A stretch of 64,000 nucleotides of DNA from Candidatus Latescibacterota bacterium. GTDB lineage: Bacteria; Latescibacterota; UBA2968. The notes under the pieces are model-generated. The model ran no database searches. It saw only the letters and a program-made list of their open reading frames with translations, and had not been told where the DNA came from. Below are positions 48,721 to 59,431 of this stretch, in pieces; positions within the stretch are counted from its first letter, which is position 1; each line of letters opens with the position of its first letter. The position numbers and the translations under genes are program-made. The DNA lies in NCBI GenBank assembly GCA_965204745.1, contig OZ242010.1, positions 1,216,001 through 1,280,000 on the forward strand, in the 5' to 3' direction.

Positions 48721-51700
48721 TGGAAGTGGGAGTCGGGATAGAGGCTTCGGATGTAGGGTTCAATTTCTTGAGCGGTCGTGCGCGTAGCAGTTGGCTCGAT
48801 GACGTTCCCTCTGAGGAGGGCCTCGTTCCGGAAGAAGAGGACGTATCGAATGATCAGGATTATATCCGAGAACAGCCTCACATCGCCATCGCCATCCACA
48901 TCGAGAATGTTCTGATTGACCAACGTGTCGAGGTAGGGTTCAATTTCTTGAGCGGTCGTGCGCGTGGCAGTTGGCTCGATGACGTTCCCTCTGAGGAGGG
49001 CCTCGTTCCGGAAGAAGAGGACATATCGAATGACCAGGATTATATCCGAGAACAATCTCACCCGGCCATCGCCATCCACATCCAAGTTGGCACTCTCGTC
49101 ATCGGTCAGGGTCAGGGTCACGGGCGAGGGTGCGGTGATGCCTTGGGCGTTGTTTGCGGTTGCAGACACTGTGACCGTCTTCTCGTCTGCCTGGTCGTTG
49201 TTGTCCACGGCGGTGATCGTCACGGTGTCCGTGCTCGTTGTGGCCGTCGCCGCGATGATCAGCGTGTCTGCACTCGATAGCGTGAAGTCGCTCGCAGTTG
49301 CAGGGGACACAGGCGTAGCAGAGACCGTGATCGTCGTGATCGCGCTCGATGGATGCGATAGGGTCGCCGTGATCGTAGAAACCTCGCCATTTTCCGAGAT
49401 GGACGAGGGGGTGAGCACCAACGTCACGGTCGGCGCATCTTCATCGTCGGTCGTCGTCACTGGAACATCCTCGTCCGAAAGGGTGTTGTAGCCGGGATCG
49501 CCGCTTGACGAGGCGAGTCGTACCGTCCAGGTGACGTCCCCGTCGTCGATGGTATCGTCCTGCCCGGTCACGGTCACTGTCTGCGCCGTGTTATAGCTCG
49601 TCGGCGTGAAGGTCAGCACCACAGGCTCAACCCGCCCTTCGCTCGGGTCTTGGCTCGTCACCGAAATCGTCACCGCCGCCGTGGGTTGCGTCAGCAGGGC
49701 CACCGTGAAGGTCGCCGAGGCACCGGCCTCTGTGGCCTGCCCGGTCACCGCGCTGATGTCCAAGCCGAAATCGTTATCGCGGTTGACCATGTACACGATG
49801 ATCGCGGAGAGCGCGTCATAGTTGGTGTCCTGCGTATCCGTCTGGTTCACCGAGAGGGTGACCGTATAGTTCTGGTTGCCATCGACGGCGGCGGGAGTAT
49901 CGTCCTGCCCGGTCACGGTCACGGTTTGTGCCGTGTTCCAGTCTGATGGCATGAAGGTCAGCACCGAGGGCGATACAGTGCCTTCCGTCGTGTCTGAACT
50001 GACCACCGAGAGGGCTACGTTCCCCGTCGGCTCGGAGGCGAGCGTGACCGTGAAGGTTTCTGCCCTGCCCGACTCTGTCGTGTGGAGCCTGACCGTCGTC
50101 GTGGTCATCGCCGACACCTCAATCGCCGCCTCGTCGTCATCGGTGATCGTCAGCGTCGCATCAGTGACCGACCCCGCGCCCATGCTGTTGTCCACCGTGC
50201 TCGCCGACACGGTCACCGTCTTGTTCCCCGAAACCAGGTTGTTGCCCACCGTCGTGATCGTCACGATGCCCGTGCTCGTCGTTTGCCCCGCTGCGACGGT
50301 CAGCGTGTCCGACGTGCTCAGCGTGTAATCACCTCCAACCGCAGGGGACACAGGCGTCACGGAAACCACTATCGTCGTCGCCGCGCTTGACGGGTGCGAC
50401 AAGGTCGCTGTCACTGTCGAAACCGCGCCAGTCTCAGAAATCGACGATGGGGACACCACCAGCGTCACGGCCGGTGCAGCGTCGTCGTCCGTCAGCGTCA
50501 CAGTGCCGGTCACACTACCCGCGCCTTGGGCATTGCTCACCGCAACGGACACGGTCACGTTGCGAGCAGGCTCGTCTCGGGTGTTGTCCACCGATGTGAT
50601 GACCACCGTATCCGACGCGTTCGCCGTACTCCCGGCCGCGATGGTGATCGTCGAATCCATCCCCACCGTGTAGGCACCCGCCACCGGACGCACCGTGATC
50701 GTCGTTGCCGCGCTCGACGGACGCGATAGCGACGCCGTGACCGTCGAAACCGCGCCGTTCTCCGAAATCGACGCGGGATTCGGCGTCAGCGTCACCATCG
50801 GCGCAAGGTCGTCGTCTGTGATCGTCAAAGTGCCGGTCACCCTGCCCGAGACTTGGCTGTTGTGCATCACAGCGGACATGGTCACGGTGCGATTAGGCTC
50901 GTCTTGGGTGTTGTTCACCGCTGTGATGACCACCGTGTCCGACGCGTTCGCCGTGCTCCCGGCCGCGATGGTGATCGTCGAATCCGCCGGCACCGTGTAA
51001 GCATCCGCCACTGGGCGCACCGTGATCGTCGTCGCCGCGCTCAACGACCGTGACAGCGTCGCGGTCACGGTACTCATCCCGCCGTTTTCCGAGATCGACG
51101 AGGGCGCCAGTGCCAACGTCACGACCACGGGTTGGAGATTAAATTGCACGGTGGTGTCCATGTCGGCATACTTCAAGGCCGGATACTGATCCATCGCGCC
51201 AAAGGTCCACGGATCGTCGTTGCCGGCTTGTCCGTCTATGTTGGCGTTCCAGTTGTAGTAGGTGTCGTTGCTGGTGGCACCGTAGGTGGTGGGACTCTGG
51301 AGCTCGCTGGTGCTCTTGCCCCCGGCAATGCCGCTCTGGTCGCTGTCCCAGTAGCTATTGGTCACTGTGCCAGCCGTGCTGCCCACCAACCCGCCTTTCG
51401 TGCCGTTACCAGTGACCTGACCCGTCGCATAACTGGCCGTCACTTCACCGCTGCTCTCGAGGCGCCCCACCAACCCGCCTTTCGTGCCGTTCCCAGTAAC
51501 CGTGACCGCGCCCGTCGCATAGGACGCGATAATCGTCCCGCCGTTCTGCCACCCCACCAGACCACCGACCCAGAAATTGCCCCCACTCCCTAAGGCCGTC
51601 ACAGCCGCAGCGGAATAGCTGGCACTGATGCGGCGGTTGGCACCGGTATGAGAATGCCCCACCAGACCGCCCAAGCCGAAACTGCCAGACCCCCGAACGC

Positions 51701-53348
51701 GACCGGTGACATAACAACCCGTGATGGCACCCCCGCGCTGATTGCCGGTGAGTCCTCCCACGGCGAGGTTGCCTCTGACATCCACATTGCGGAGCCCAAG
51801 ACCGGAAACAGTGCCCGTGAGATCCTTAATCAGCCCAACATCATTCTGATTGCCACGGTTGATGTACAGGTTGGAGAGGGTCTTGTTATTGCCCTTGAAC
51901 GTACCGGTGTAAGTCCCCAAAGGGAGGAAACCCGCGCCGCTATTCCAGTAGGTGGCGTCTGCTTGGGTGATCGCGCCGTCGTTGTTCTCGTCAAAGTCCA
52001 GGTTGGCGAGAAGTTCGTAGCCGGTGCAACCGCCGCTGGAAGGACACCCCATCCGGCTGGTGGCAGTGGTCAGGTCGCCGCCGGGAAAGGCGCGGGCATA
52101 GGCGATGGTGTCGGCGTTGGTGCCGATGGGCAGGCCATCGCCGTTCAAGTCGTAGCGGATGGCGTTCAACTGCAACAGGGACTGCACGTCAATCAGACCG
52201 TTGTTGTCGCCGTCGTAGTCAACTACCCGCTGGCTGGGCGTGTTGAGGGTGGGGTACTGGCTGGCAGTGCCAAAGTTCCACGGGTTGTCGGGTAAACGAT
52301 CGCCATCCAGCGATATGTTCCAGTTGGCGTAGATGCCGGTGTAGTCCGTCTTGGCCTTTAGAGTGACGGTCATCTGGCCCGTGCCGCCGCCGCCGCTCGT
52401 CCTGCCGCTTGTTTGCGTGTCCCAGTAAGAGGCGGTAATGGTCACGGAGTTGAATGTAGTGGTCAAGCCGCCGATGTTGTTGCTGACCGTTGACGTGACC
52501 GCTCCCGTGGAGTAGCTGGCGATGATGCGGGCGGTGCGCCCCTGGTCGCCGTTGGACGCCCCGGCCAAGCCACCCACGTAAGCGTTGGCTCCGCTGCTAG
52601 GAGCCGCATGCGCCGCCGCGTGGGAGTAGCTGGCTACTATTTTGCCCTCGTCAGGGGGGACTGTACTGAAGTTGTAGCCAACCAGTCCGCCGACGACGAT
52701 GCCTCCACGAACCTCGCCGCTGGTCCAAGAGGCGGTGACCGTCCCGTAGTTGGTGCCGACGAGGATGCCCACATAGTCTTTCCCGTAAACGTATGCGTCT
52801 TTGACGCCCACGGATTCGATGCGGTCGTCGCCGTAGAGCGCGCCGAACAACCCCACGTCGTTCGTGGTCGTCCGCTTTATGAACAGGTTGGAGATGATGT
52901 AGCCGTTGCCCTTGAACGTGGCGTGGAACCGGGTGATGGTGAGGGCATCGCGCCCAATCGGCTCCCATCCCAATCCGCCGTTGTCGTAGTCGTCGCCGGA
53001 GTCGCCCATCGCGGAGGCACCCGTTCCGGTGTAAGTCGAGCCATTTCCGTTGGTGTCAAAGTCCAAGTTGTTGAGCAACTCGTAGCCGGTGCAGGTGGCC
53101 TGGCAACCCATGCCCGACATGGCGTTGGGAAAGGCGGCGTTGTAGTTCATGGTATCCGTAGTGGCTACGGCACCATCGCCATTGAGATCCCAGCGCATGG
53201 CGTTGAGTTGCGCCAGCGTGGTGATGTCAATCAGGTTGTCGTTGTCCGTATCGTAGTCGGTTTGGGCAAAAGCAGGCCCCGATGCCATCAGCACGACCAG
53301 CACGACCATAGCCAACAAGCGAGCGTAGCGGGAGGTCATTTTGTTCAT
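48717..53348 (-). CDS. Large secreted surface protein with GLUG-motif beta-helices, Ig/Calx-beta-like repeats and a duplicated dockerin-like C-terminus
   Basis: Signal peptide; two DYDxDNxxLID...QLNAxRxDLNGDG domains; VGGLVG repeats; Thr/Val-rich ITDDD repeats. Confidence 0.85.
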   Translation of the reverse strand: MNKMTSRYARLLAMVVLVVLMASGPAFAQTDYDTDNDNLIDITTLAQLNAMRWDLNGDGAVATTDTMNYNAAFPNAMSGMGCQATCTGYELLNNLDFDTNGNGSTYTGTGASAMGDSGDDYDNGGLGWEPIGRDALTITRFHATFKGNGYIISNLFIKRTTTNDVGLFGALYGDDRIESVGVKDAYVYGKDYVGILVGTNYGTVTASWTSGEVRGGIVVGGLVGYNFSTVPPDEGKIVASYSHAAAHAAPSSGANAYVGGLAGASNGDQGRTARIIASYSTGAVTSTVSNNIGGLTTTFNSVTITASYWDTQTSGRTSGGGGTGQMTVTLKAKTDYTGIYANWNISLDGDRLPDNPWNFGTASQYPTLNTPSQRVVDYDGDNNGLIDVQSLLQLNAIRYDLNGDGLPIGTNADTIAYARAFPGGDLTTATSRMGCPSSGGCTGYELLANLDFDENNDGAITQADATYWNSGAGFLPLGTYTGTFKGNNKTLSNLYINRGNQNDVGLIKDLTGTVSGLGLRNVDVRGNLAVGGLTGNQRGGAITGCYVTGRVRGSGSFGLGGLVGHSHTGANRRISASYSAAAVTALGSGGNFWVGGLVGWQNGGTIIASYATGAVTVTGNGTKGGLVGRLESSGEVTASYATGQVTGNGTKGGLVGSTAGTVTNSYWDSDQSGIAGGKSTSELQSPTTYGATSNDTYYNWNANIDGQAGNDDPWTFGAMDQYPALKYADMDTTVQFNLQPVVVTLALAPSSISENGGMSTVTATLSRSLSAATTITVRPVADAYTVPADSTITIAAGSTANASDTVVITAVNNTQDEPNRTVTMSAVMHNSQVSGRVTGTLTITDDDLAPMVTLTPNPASISENGAVSTVTASLSRPSSAATTITVRPVAGAYTVGMDSTITIAAGSTANASDTVVITSVDNTRDEPARNVTVSVAVSNAQGAGSVTGTVTLTDDDAAPAVTLVVSPSSISETGAVSTVTATLSHPSSAATTIVVSVTPVSPAVGGDYTLSTSDTLTVAAGQTTSTGIVTITTVGNNLVSGNKTVTVSASTVDNSMGAGSVTDATLTITDDDEAAIEVSAMTTTTVRLHTTESGRAETFTVTLASEPTGNVALSVVSSDTTEGTVSPSVLTFMPSDWNTAQTVTVTGQDDTPAAVDGNQNYTVTLSVNQTDTQDTNYDALSAIIVYMVNRDNDFGLDISAVTGQATEAGASATFTVALLTQPTAAVTISVTSQDPSEGRVEPVVLTFTPTSYNTAQTVTVTGQDDTIDDGDVTWTVRLASSSGDPGYNTLSDEDVPVTTTDDEDAPTVTLVLTPSSISENGEVSTITATLSHPSSAITTITVSATPVSPATASDFTLSSADTLIIAATATTSTDTVTITAVDNNDQADEKTVTVSATANNAQGITAPSPVTLTLTDDESANLDVDGDGRVRLFSDIILVIRYVLFFRNEALLRGNVIEPTATRTTAQEIEPYLDTLVNQNILDVDGDGDVRLFSDIILIIRYVLFFRNEALLRGNVIEPTATRTTAQEIEPYIRSLYPDSHFQ

Positions 53349-53679
53349 CCTTTCGGGGAGGGGTACACTATATTGATCAGCCTAACAGACTGTTTTGCAA
53401 TAAAATAGAACCGCACTCCAAGACGGGAATGGGCGATATGAACGCCAGTTTTCGCGGTGGGAACATAGGGCCAAATGAGGTTCAAACAGCGGCTGAAAAT
53501 GGCGGTAATCATCTGAAATCTCCTTTGCAAAAGCTGTCGCGTAAACGCAGGCACGGCTTTTCCTTCGCGCTCAAAATCGAAATAGCGAATGGGTAAAAAA
53601 TTAAAAATTACGCTATTATTTTTCAAGTGGTAAAATGACGATAGGATCGGTGGTCAGTCAAGCGATAAGGAGCGGAGGG

Positions 53680-54299
53680 ACCTGTCCCTACGACGGATGG
53701 CGAGAGGTTGTGCGATTAGCCACAAAAGGCACAAAAACACAAAAGGGCGATGGGTCTTCCGAGGGATTGTGCGAGGGGGACCTACCCCCTGGCCCCCTTC
53801 CTAAGAGGAAGGGGGAACTGTGAGCGGTTTTGCGAGGGGAATGGCGTAGAGGTTTTTTCGGGTTCATAGCGTGATCTATTCGCGCAAAGCCATCAGAATA
53901 GCCAGGGATACAACCCTTCAAGAAAGCCACGCGCTCCCCCTTTCCTCGTAGGCACAGGCGTAGCCTACAATGAGCGAAGCGAATAACGGGGGCCGGGGGG
54001 ATAGGTCTATGGCGGTAGGGCGGGGGGTGGTAATCCGCGCAATCCCCTAATCCGTTTAATCCGCGATTCAGACACGGGTGGCAGGGCGGCGAGGACGGCC
54101 ACGCTCATCGCTCTAAAACAAAATGTCAACAGAACCTCGTTCATGTCTTTGGGCGATTGACCGCGGCTTGCTTCTTACTCGCTTTCTACTCTTAATTTGA
54201 CAACTGACAACTCGGGCGATGGCGGGGTTGTCTCACCTCTCCCGTCTTACGTCTCACCGAAGGGGGTTGGGCGGTGCGGACTAACAACTGACAACTGAT
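53680..54299. repeat. Mosaic of repeat modules, including a MITE TIR (54121-54137) fused to an IS982 end fragment (54136-54197)
   Basis: Each sub-block matches a separate repeat family elsewhere in the window. Confidence 0.8.
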
Positions 54300-54301
54300 T
54301 C

Positions 54302-56080
54302 TCATTCCGTAATGATGTCGGCGAATGTCATGCCCGATGGGATCATGGGCAACACATGTTCTTGGTAGGGCACGACCACGTCGAGCAAATAGGGGCCGGT
54401 GGAGGAGATCAGGCGGTCAATAGCGGGCACGACCTCTGATTTGTGGGCGATGCGTTCTGCGGGCACGCGAAAGCCTTTTGCGATAGTGACGTAATCCGGA
54501 AAGATCGCGTGGTTCGGCGGGATGTTCAGGTCTTGGTGCGCTTGTGCGGCTTCGGGGTCGCCGATGAACGTGTGCCCGCGGTTGCTTTTGTAGAATCGGT
54601 CTTCCCATTGCACCACCATGCCCAAGTGCTGGTTGTTGAGAATCACGACTTTGACCGGGATTTTTTCCGCGTGCAGGGTCGCCAATTCCTGCACGTTCAT
54701 CGCAAAACTGCCATCGCCGTCGATGTCGATGACGAGTGCGTCTGGAAAGGCCAGTTGCGCGCCGAGGGCGGCCGGCAAGCCAAACCCCATCGCGCCCAAG
54801 CCGCCGGACGTGAGCCATTGGCGCGGTTCGTCAAACGGGTAAAATTGCGCGGCCCACATCTGGTGTTGGCCCACGCCGGTGGAGATGATGGCCTTGCCCT
54901 CGGTCATTTTGTACAGGGTTTCTATCGCGTACTGGGGCAAAATGACGTCTTCGACCTCTTTGTACTTGAAGGGGTGTTTTTCGCGCCACATCTCGATCTC
55001 GTCTCCCCAGGCCTCGTAGTCGCCCGGTTCGACGATGCGGTTGAGTTCTCGCAGGGCGTATTTGATGTCGCTGACGATGGGCAAGTGGGCGACTTTGTTT
55101 TTGTTGATCTCGGAGGGATCGATGTCGATATGCACGATGCGACCGTGTTTGCAAAATTCTTCGAGTTTGCCGGTGACGCGGTCGTCAAAGCGCACCCCAA
55201 ATGCCAGCAGCAAGTCCGCGTGGTTGATGGCGTAGTTGGCGTACACCGAGCCGTGCATGCCCAGCATTTGCAAGGACTGCGGATCCGTTTGCGGAAACAC
55301 GCCCAGTCCCATGAGGGTTTGCGCCACCGGGATGTGCGTCTTTTTGGCAAACGCCCGAAGTTCTGCGGACGCGCCCGCTGTCACGATGCCCCCGCCCGCG
55401 TAGATGAGGGGGCGTTTGGATTCAAAAATGGCTTGGGCAATGTCCCGAATTTGCGCGTGGCTGGCGTGGAGCGCGTTGGGGGTGTAACTGCGGATGGCGA
55501 CGGTTTCCGGAAACTCGGGCACGCAAAAACTCTGCTGCACGTTTTTGGGAATGTCGATCAGCACGGGGCCAGGCCGTCCGGACGAGGCGATGTAAAATGC
55601 CTCTTTGACCACGCGGGGGATGTCTTCGATGCGGTCCACCAAATAGTTGTGCTTGGTGATCTGCCGCGTGACTTCGATGATGGGGGTTTCTTGAAACGCG
55701 TCGCGGCCGATCACCGCTGTGGGAACCTGCCCCGTGATGGCGACGATGGGCACGGAGTCCATTTTGGCGTCGGCCAGGCCCGTGACCAAGTTGGTCGCGC
55801 CCGGCCCGGAGGTCGCCATGCACACGCCGACTTTGCCCGAGGCTTTGGCATATCCCTCGGCGGCAAAAATTTCGCCCTGTTCGTGCCGGCACAACACCAC
55901 TTGGATATCGGAGCGGGTGAGGGACTGGTGCATTTCCATGCTGGCCCCGCCGGGATAGCCGAAGAGCACTTCCACGCCCTCGCGTATGAGACTTTCGACC
56001 AGAATATCAGCGCCGCGCATTTCGCGCATGGATGAGGCCGCGCCATTGCCATGAGCCTCGGCCTGGGGGTTGTTCGCCAT
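54302..56080 (-). CDS. ilvB: Acetolactate synthase large subunit
   Basis: [31 protein letters not shown] and GDGSF...NN. Confidence 0.96.
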   Translation of the reverse strand: MANNPQAEAHGNGAASSMREMRGADILVESLIREGVEVLFGYPGGASMEMHQSLTRSDIQVVLCRHEQGEIFAAEGYAKASGKVGVCMATSGPGATNLVTGLADAKMDSVPIVAITGQVPTAVIGRDAFQETPIIEVTRQITKHNYLVDRIEDIPRVVKEAFYIASSGRPGPVLIDIPKNVQQSFCVPEFPETVAIRSYTPNALHASHAQIRDIAQAIFESKRPLIYAGGGIVTAGASAELRAFAKKTHIPVAQTLMGLGVFPQTDPQSLQMLGMHGSVYANYAINHADLLLAFGVRFDDRVTGKLEEFCKHGRIVHIDIDPSEINKNKVAHLPIVSDIKYALRELNRIVEPGDYEAWGDEIEMWREKHPFKYKEVEDVILPQYAIETLYKMTEGKAIISTGVGQHQMWAAQFYPFDEPRQWLTSGGLGAMGFGLPAALGAQLAFPDALVIDIDGDGSFAMNVQELATLHAEKIPVKVVILNNQHLGMVVQWEDRFYKSNRGHTFIGDPEAAQAHQDLNIPPNHAIFPDYVTIAKGFRVPAERIAHKSEVVPAIDRLISSTGPYLLDVVVPYQEHVLPMIPSGMTFADIITE

Positions 56081-56110
56081 TGCAAATCTCTCCTGAGTAA
56101 AAGTGAAAAA

Positions 56111-56264
56111 CAAAAAAGCCCGCCATCGCATTATGGTATGCAATGACGGGCGAGATGTTTCCGTGTTGCGACCATCAATCCCCCCATTGCATGGGTACGC
56201 GTACGATGACGCGGCCTACGACGACCGTTGTGCGAAGAAGGGAGGTGGTGATGAAGTGCGTCAT
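56111..56264 (-). promoter_or_regulatory. ilvB transcription attenuator: leader peptide 56175-56264 plus terminator 56111-56151
   Basis: [29 protein letters not shown] is Val/Ile/Leu/Thr-rich; GCCCGTCATTGCAT...ATGCGATGGCGGGC+T6; TTGACA-N17-TATTTT upstream. Confidence 0.85.
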
Positions 56265-56353
56265 GATTCGCGCTCTGCTGTTCGTGGTTCGCGTTTAATG
56301 AGGCGAAAAAATACAAGCTTCGGCGCGTTCTGTCAAGGAAATTGGGGGGATGC

Positions 56354-57115
56354 TCACGGTTCCAGGTTGTTGATGCGGTCGCGGAGTTCGGCGGCGCGTT
56401 CAAATTCTTCGTTGTCGATGGCGTCGTGCAGCTCTTTTTGCAGGCGTTCGGACTGGGTGAGGGGGCGTCTTTTGTCGAGTTCTTCGAGCAGTTCGGCGAG
56501 GGATTCGACGGATCGGCGTTTTTCGATGAAAAACTCTTCGGCATCTACTTCGTCCAAGTTTTCGATCTTGTCGATTGCGTCTCGGATAATGCGGATGCCC
56601 GCCGTGTAGTCGTGGTCTTGCGTGGCGATCATCACGCGGGCGATGGCGTGGATACGCAAAACATAAGGCCACCATTTTTCCAAATTGAGGCGGTCTTGGT
56701 GCGTGGCGGCGTATTGATTGACAAAGCGAAACAGGTCCATGTTGCGCTCTGTGTCGCGGATGACGCGGTCGTAGTCGCGTATTTGGAGCAAGAACACATA
56801 ACGCTCGTAGAGCAGGCGACTCTCGTCGAACAACTCGCGGCAGTGCGATTCCTCGAGGGAGAACCCGTCAGCCGTGCCGTGGTCTTCGACAAATCGATGC
56901 AGCCTGTCGTAGAAATGATCCAGCGCGAACGCGCTGTCGTGCGGCTTGCGCCCGTCGGGACGCCCGTCGAGTTCCATTTGCAAGATGCCTTGAAACGGCC
57001 CTTGATCCACGCGCACTTGAATTTTTTCCACGCCTCGGGACGAGGTGATTTTGCGAATGCTGTTTTTGGGATCGTAGGGCCAGTGATGCAGCAAAGGGCC
57101 AATATCTTCGATCAT
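56354..57115 (-). CDS. UvrB/UvrC-motif (UVR domain) protein
   Basis: GILQMELDGRPDG and C-terminal AIDNEEFERAAELRDRI. Confidence 0.85.
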   Translation of the reverse strand: MIEDIGPLLHHWPYDPKNSIRKITSSRGVEKIQVRVDQGPFQGILQMELDGRPDGRKPHDSAFALDHFYDRLHRFVEDHGTADGFSLEESHCRELFDESRLLYERYVFLLQIRDYDRVIRDTERNMDLFRFVNQYAATHQDRLNLEKWWPYVLRIHAIARVMIATQDHDYTAGIRIIRDAIDKIENLDEVDAEEFFIEKRRSVESLAELLEELDKRRPLTQSERLQKELHDAIDNEEFERAAELRDRINNLEP

Positions 57116-57303
57116 GGCGATTTCCCTCGTTGTTCTGTGCGGCCTCACACCACCGCCCGTGCGTGCCCTGCCCCGACGTTCGATCCTCGTAGGGACAGGC
57201 CCCTGTGCCTATCTTTATATTCAGCGGTCAGCGGTTATCGGTCAAAGGTTAGGGGGCGGTATTACGCCATCAGGATACGCGGAAAAAAATCGTTGTCAAG
57301 AAC

Positions 57304-57840
57304 TAGGTTGTGTTGAATTTCATTTTTTTGACGTTACGCACAGAGTAGCAACTGTGTTGCTTCTTGCTCATTTAAGGCGTTTGGTTCTTTGATGGCTTAG
57401 GTTGCTCTGATGGCGTTGCGTGAGGGGACCTATCCCCCCGGCCCCCTTTCCTACAAGGAAAGGGGGAGCGTATGGCTTTTTGACGGTTTGTCTCCCTGGC
57501 TGTTCTGATGGCTTTGAGCGAATGAATCACGCCATGAAAATCCAAACCCCTCTCGCGCAATCCCTCGCAACCCCTCTCGCCATTCCCCCTTCCTCTTAGG
57601 AAGGGGGCCAGGGGGTAGGTCCCAATCCCCTCGCAAAACCGCTCACAGTCCCCCCTTCCTCGCAGGCACAGGCGTAGCCTACAACGAAGCGAAGCGAGTA
57701 ACGGGGGTTAGGGGGGTAGGTCCCGATAAGGAGCGACTGTCCGAGTTTCTCAAACCGAGAGCATATTCTGCGATAGGGCTTGATTTTCTCGATAAACCGC
57801 TCAAGCCAGTTGCTTTGCTCGTAAATGTCAACACGATCTA
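57304..57840. mobile_element. Modular IS5-derived MITE, complete copy C
   Basis: TA+GGTTGTGTTGA ... AAATGTCAACACGATC+TA, with a different interior module set. Confidence 0.83.
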
Positions 57841-57959
57841 ACTTGGCGCATTGAAAATACGATCAGAACGGCGTTGTTTTAAGTCATTGCTTTTGCACAG
57901 AAGATAATCTATTTTGGCTCGGTATTCGAGACATTCCACACTTTTCGCGGGAGGGAGAT

Positions 57960-59303
57960 ATGGCGGTTGCAGAACAGGGAGGAGCGGTTCACGGCGCGAT
58001 TGCGCGGTTTTTTAAGTTTGAAGCGCGAAACACAACTTGGCGCACCGAGGTTACGGGCGGCGTGACGACATTTGTGACGCTGGCGTATATCGTGGCGGTG
58101 AATCCGAGTATTTTGTCCGATGCAATGGGCGCGGATTTGTTCGGCGAGTTGTTGTTTGCCACATGTGCTTCTGCGGCGATTGCGACATTGCTGATGGCGC
58201 TTTTGGCAAATTATCCCTTTGCCTTGGCACCAGGTATGGGGCTCAATGCGTTTTTTACCTATACCATCGTGCTGGGCATGGGCGTGGATTGGAAGTTGGC
58301 CTTGGGCGTGGTGCTGGCGTCTGGGCTGTTGTTCTTGTTGCTCACGGTGTTGCGCGTGCGCGAGGCCATTATCACCGCCGTGCCCCAATCTCTAAAGCGG
58401 GCGACTGCCGCGGGTATCGGCCTGTTCATCGCGTTTATCGGGCTGAAGAACGCGGGGTTTATCGTGGATAACCCGGCCACGTTGGTCGATTTGGGCGATG
58501 TTCGCACCGGAGAGGTCGGCTTGGCGATGGTGGGGCTTTTGGGCATGGGCATCATGCTGGCGCGCGGAATCCGCGGGGCGATTTTGTTGGGCGTGATGGG
58601 CGTGACCCTGTTGGCGATGATCACCGGGCTTACGGCGTGGCCCGCGGGCGTTCTCAGTCTGCCGATTTGGCCCACGAATCTCTTTGGCGAAGCGGTTTAT
58701 ATGTTGCCGCTGGCGTTTCACACGGCGGTGATAGAACTCGTGTTTGCGTTTCTCTTCGTCGATCTCTTCGACACGATGGGCACGTTTGTAGGGCTGTCCG
58801 AGCGCGTGAAGTTTTTGGACGCAAAGGGCCGATTGCCGCGTGCGAATAAGGCATTGATGGCGGATTCCATCGGTACGGTTTTCGGCAGCGTGTTGGGCAC
58901 GTCAACCGTGACGACCTATATCGAAAGTGCGGCGGGCATCTCGTCGGGTGCGCGCACTGGGTTTGCCAGTGTGGTGACGAGTTTGTTGTTCATCGGCGCG
59001 CTGTTTTTCACGCCCTTGGTGCAGGCCATTCCGACTTTTGCCACGGCCCCCGCGCTCATCGTGGTGGGCGTGCTGATGATCGCCCCGGCCGCACAAATCG
59101 CCTGGGAAGATGCGTCGGACGCCGTGCCCGCATTTTTGACCCTGATTGCGATTCCCCTCACGTTTAGCATTGCCGACGGCTTGGCGCTGGGATTTATCGC
59201 GTATCCCATTATCAAGCGGTTGAGCAAAAAGGGCGATGAGGTACATCCTCTGATCGATGTGCTGGCGGTGATTTTTATTGCGAAGTACGCGTTCATGCAG
59301 TAG
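57960..59303 (+). CDS. NCS2/AzgA-type purine permease
   Basis: APGMGLNAFF, DLFDTMGT and TYIESAAG...GARTG. Confidence 0.93.
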   Translation: MAVAEQGGAVHGAIARFFKFEARNTTWRTEVTGGVTTFVTLAYIVAVNPSILSDAMGADLFGELLFATCASAAIATLLMALLANYPFALAPGMGLNAFFTYTIVLGMGVDWKLALGVVLASGLLFLLLTVLRVREAIITAVPQSLKRATAAGIGLFIAFIGLKNAGFIVDNPATLVDLGDVRTGEVGLAMVGLLGMGIMLARGIRGAILLGVMGVTLLAMITGLTAWPAGVLSLPIWPTNLFGEAVYMLPLAFHTAVIELVFAFLFVDLFDTMGTFVGLSERVKFLDAKGRLPRANKALMADSIGTVFGSVLGTSTVTTYIESAAGISSGARTGFASVVTSLLFIGALFFTPLVQAIPTFATAPALIVVGVLMIAPAAQIAWEDASDAVPAFLTLIAIPLTFSIADGLALGFIAYPIIKRLSKKGDEVHPLIDVLAVIFIAKYAFMQ

Positions 59304-59431
59304 GAAGCGGTCAGCAAAACGCGCGAAATGCCGATTGCTGTTTTTGTACGTGACATTGGCGCTCTTTTTGTCTATGATATAGCCCAACGGAAATGATGGC
59401 TGTTCGCGTAGGCGACTTCATGGAGGATTTT

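Noticed and set aside
57841-57959. Purine riboswitch upstream of the NCS2 permease
   Set aside because: No conserved aptamer core or terminator is visible.
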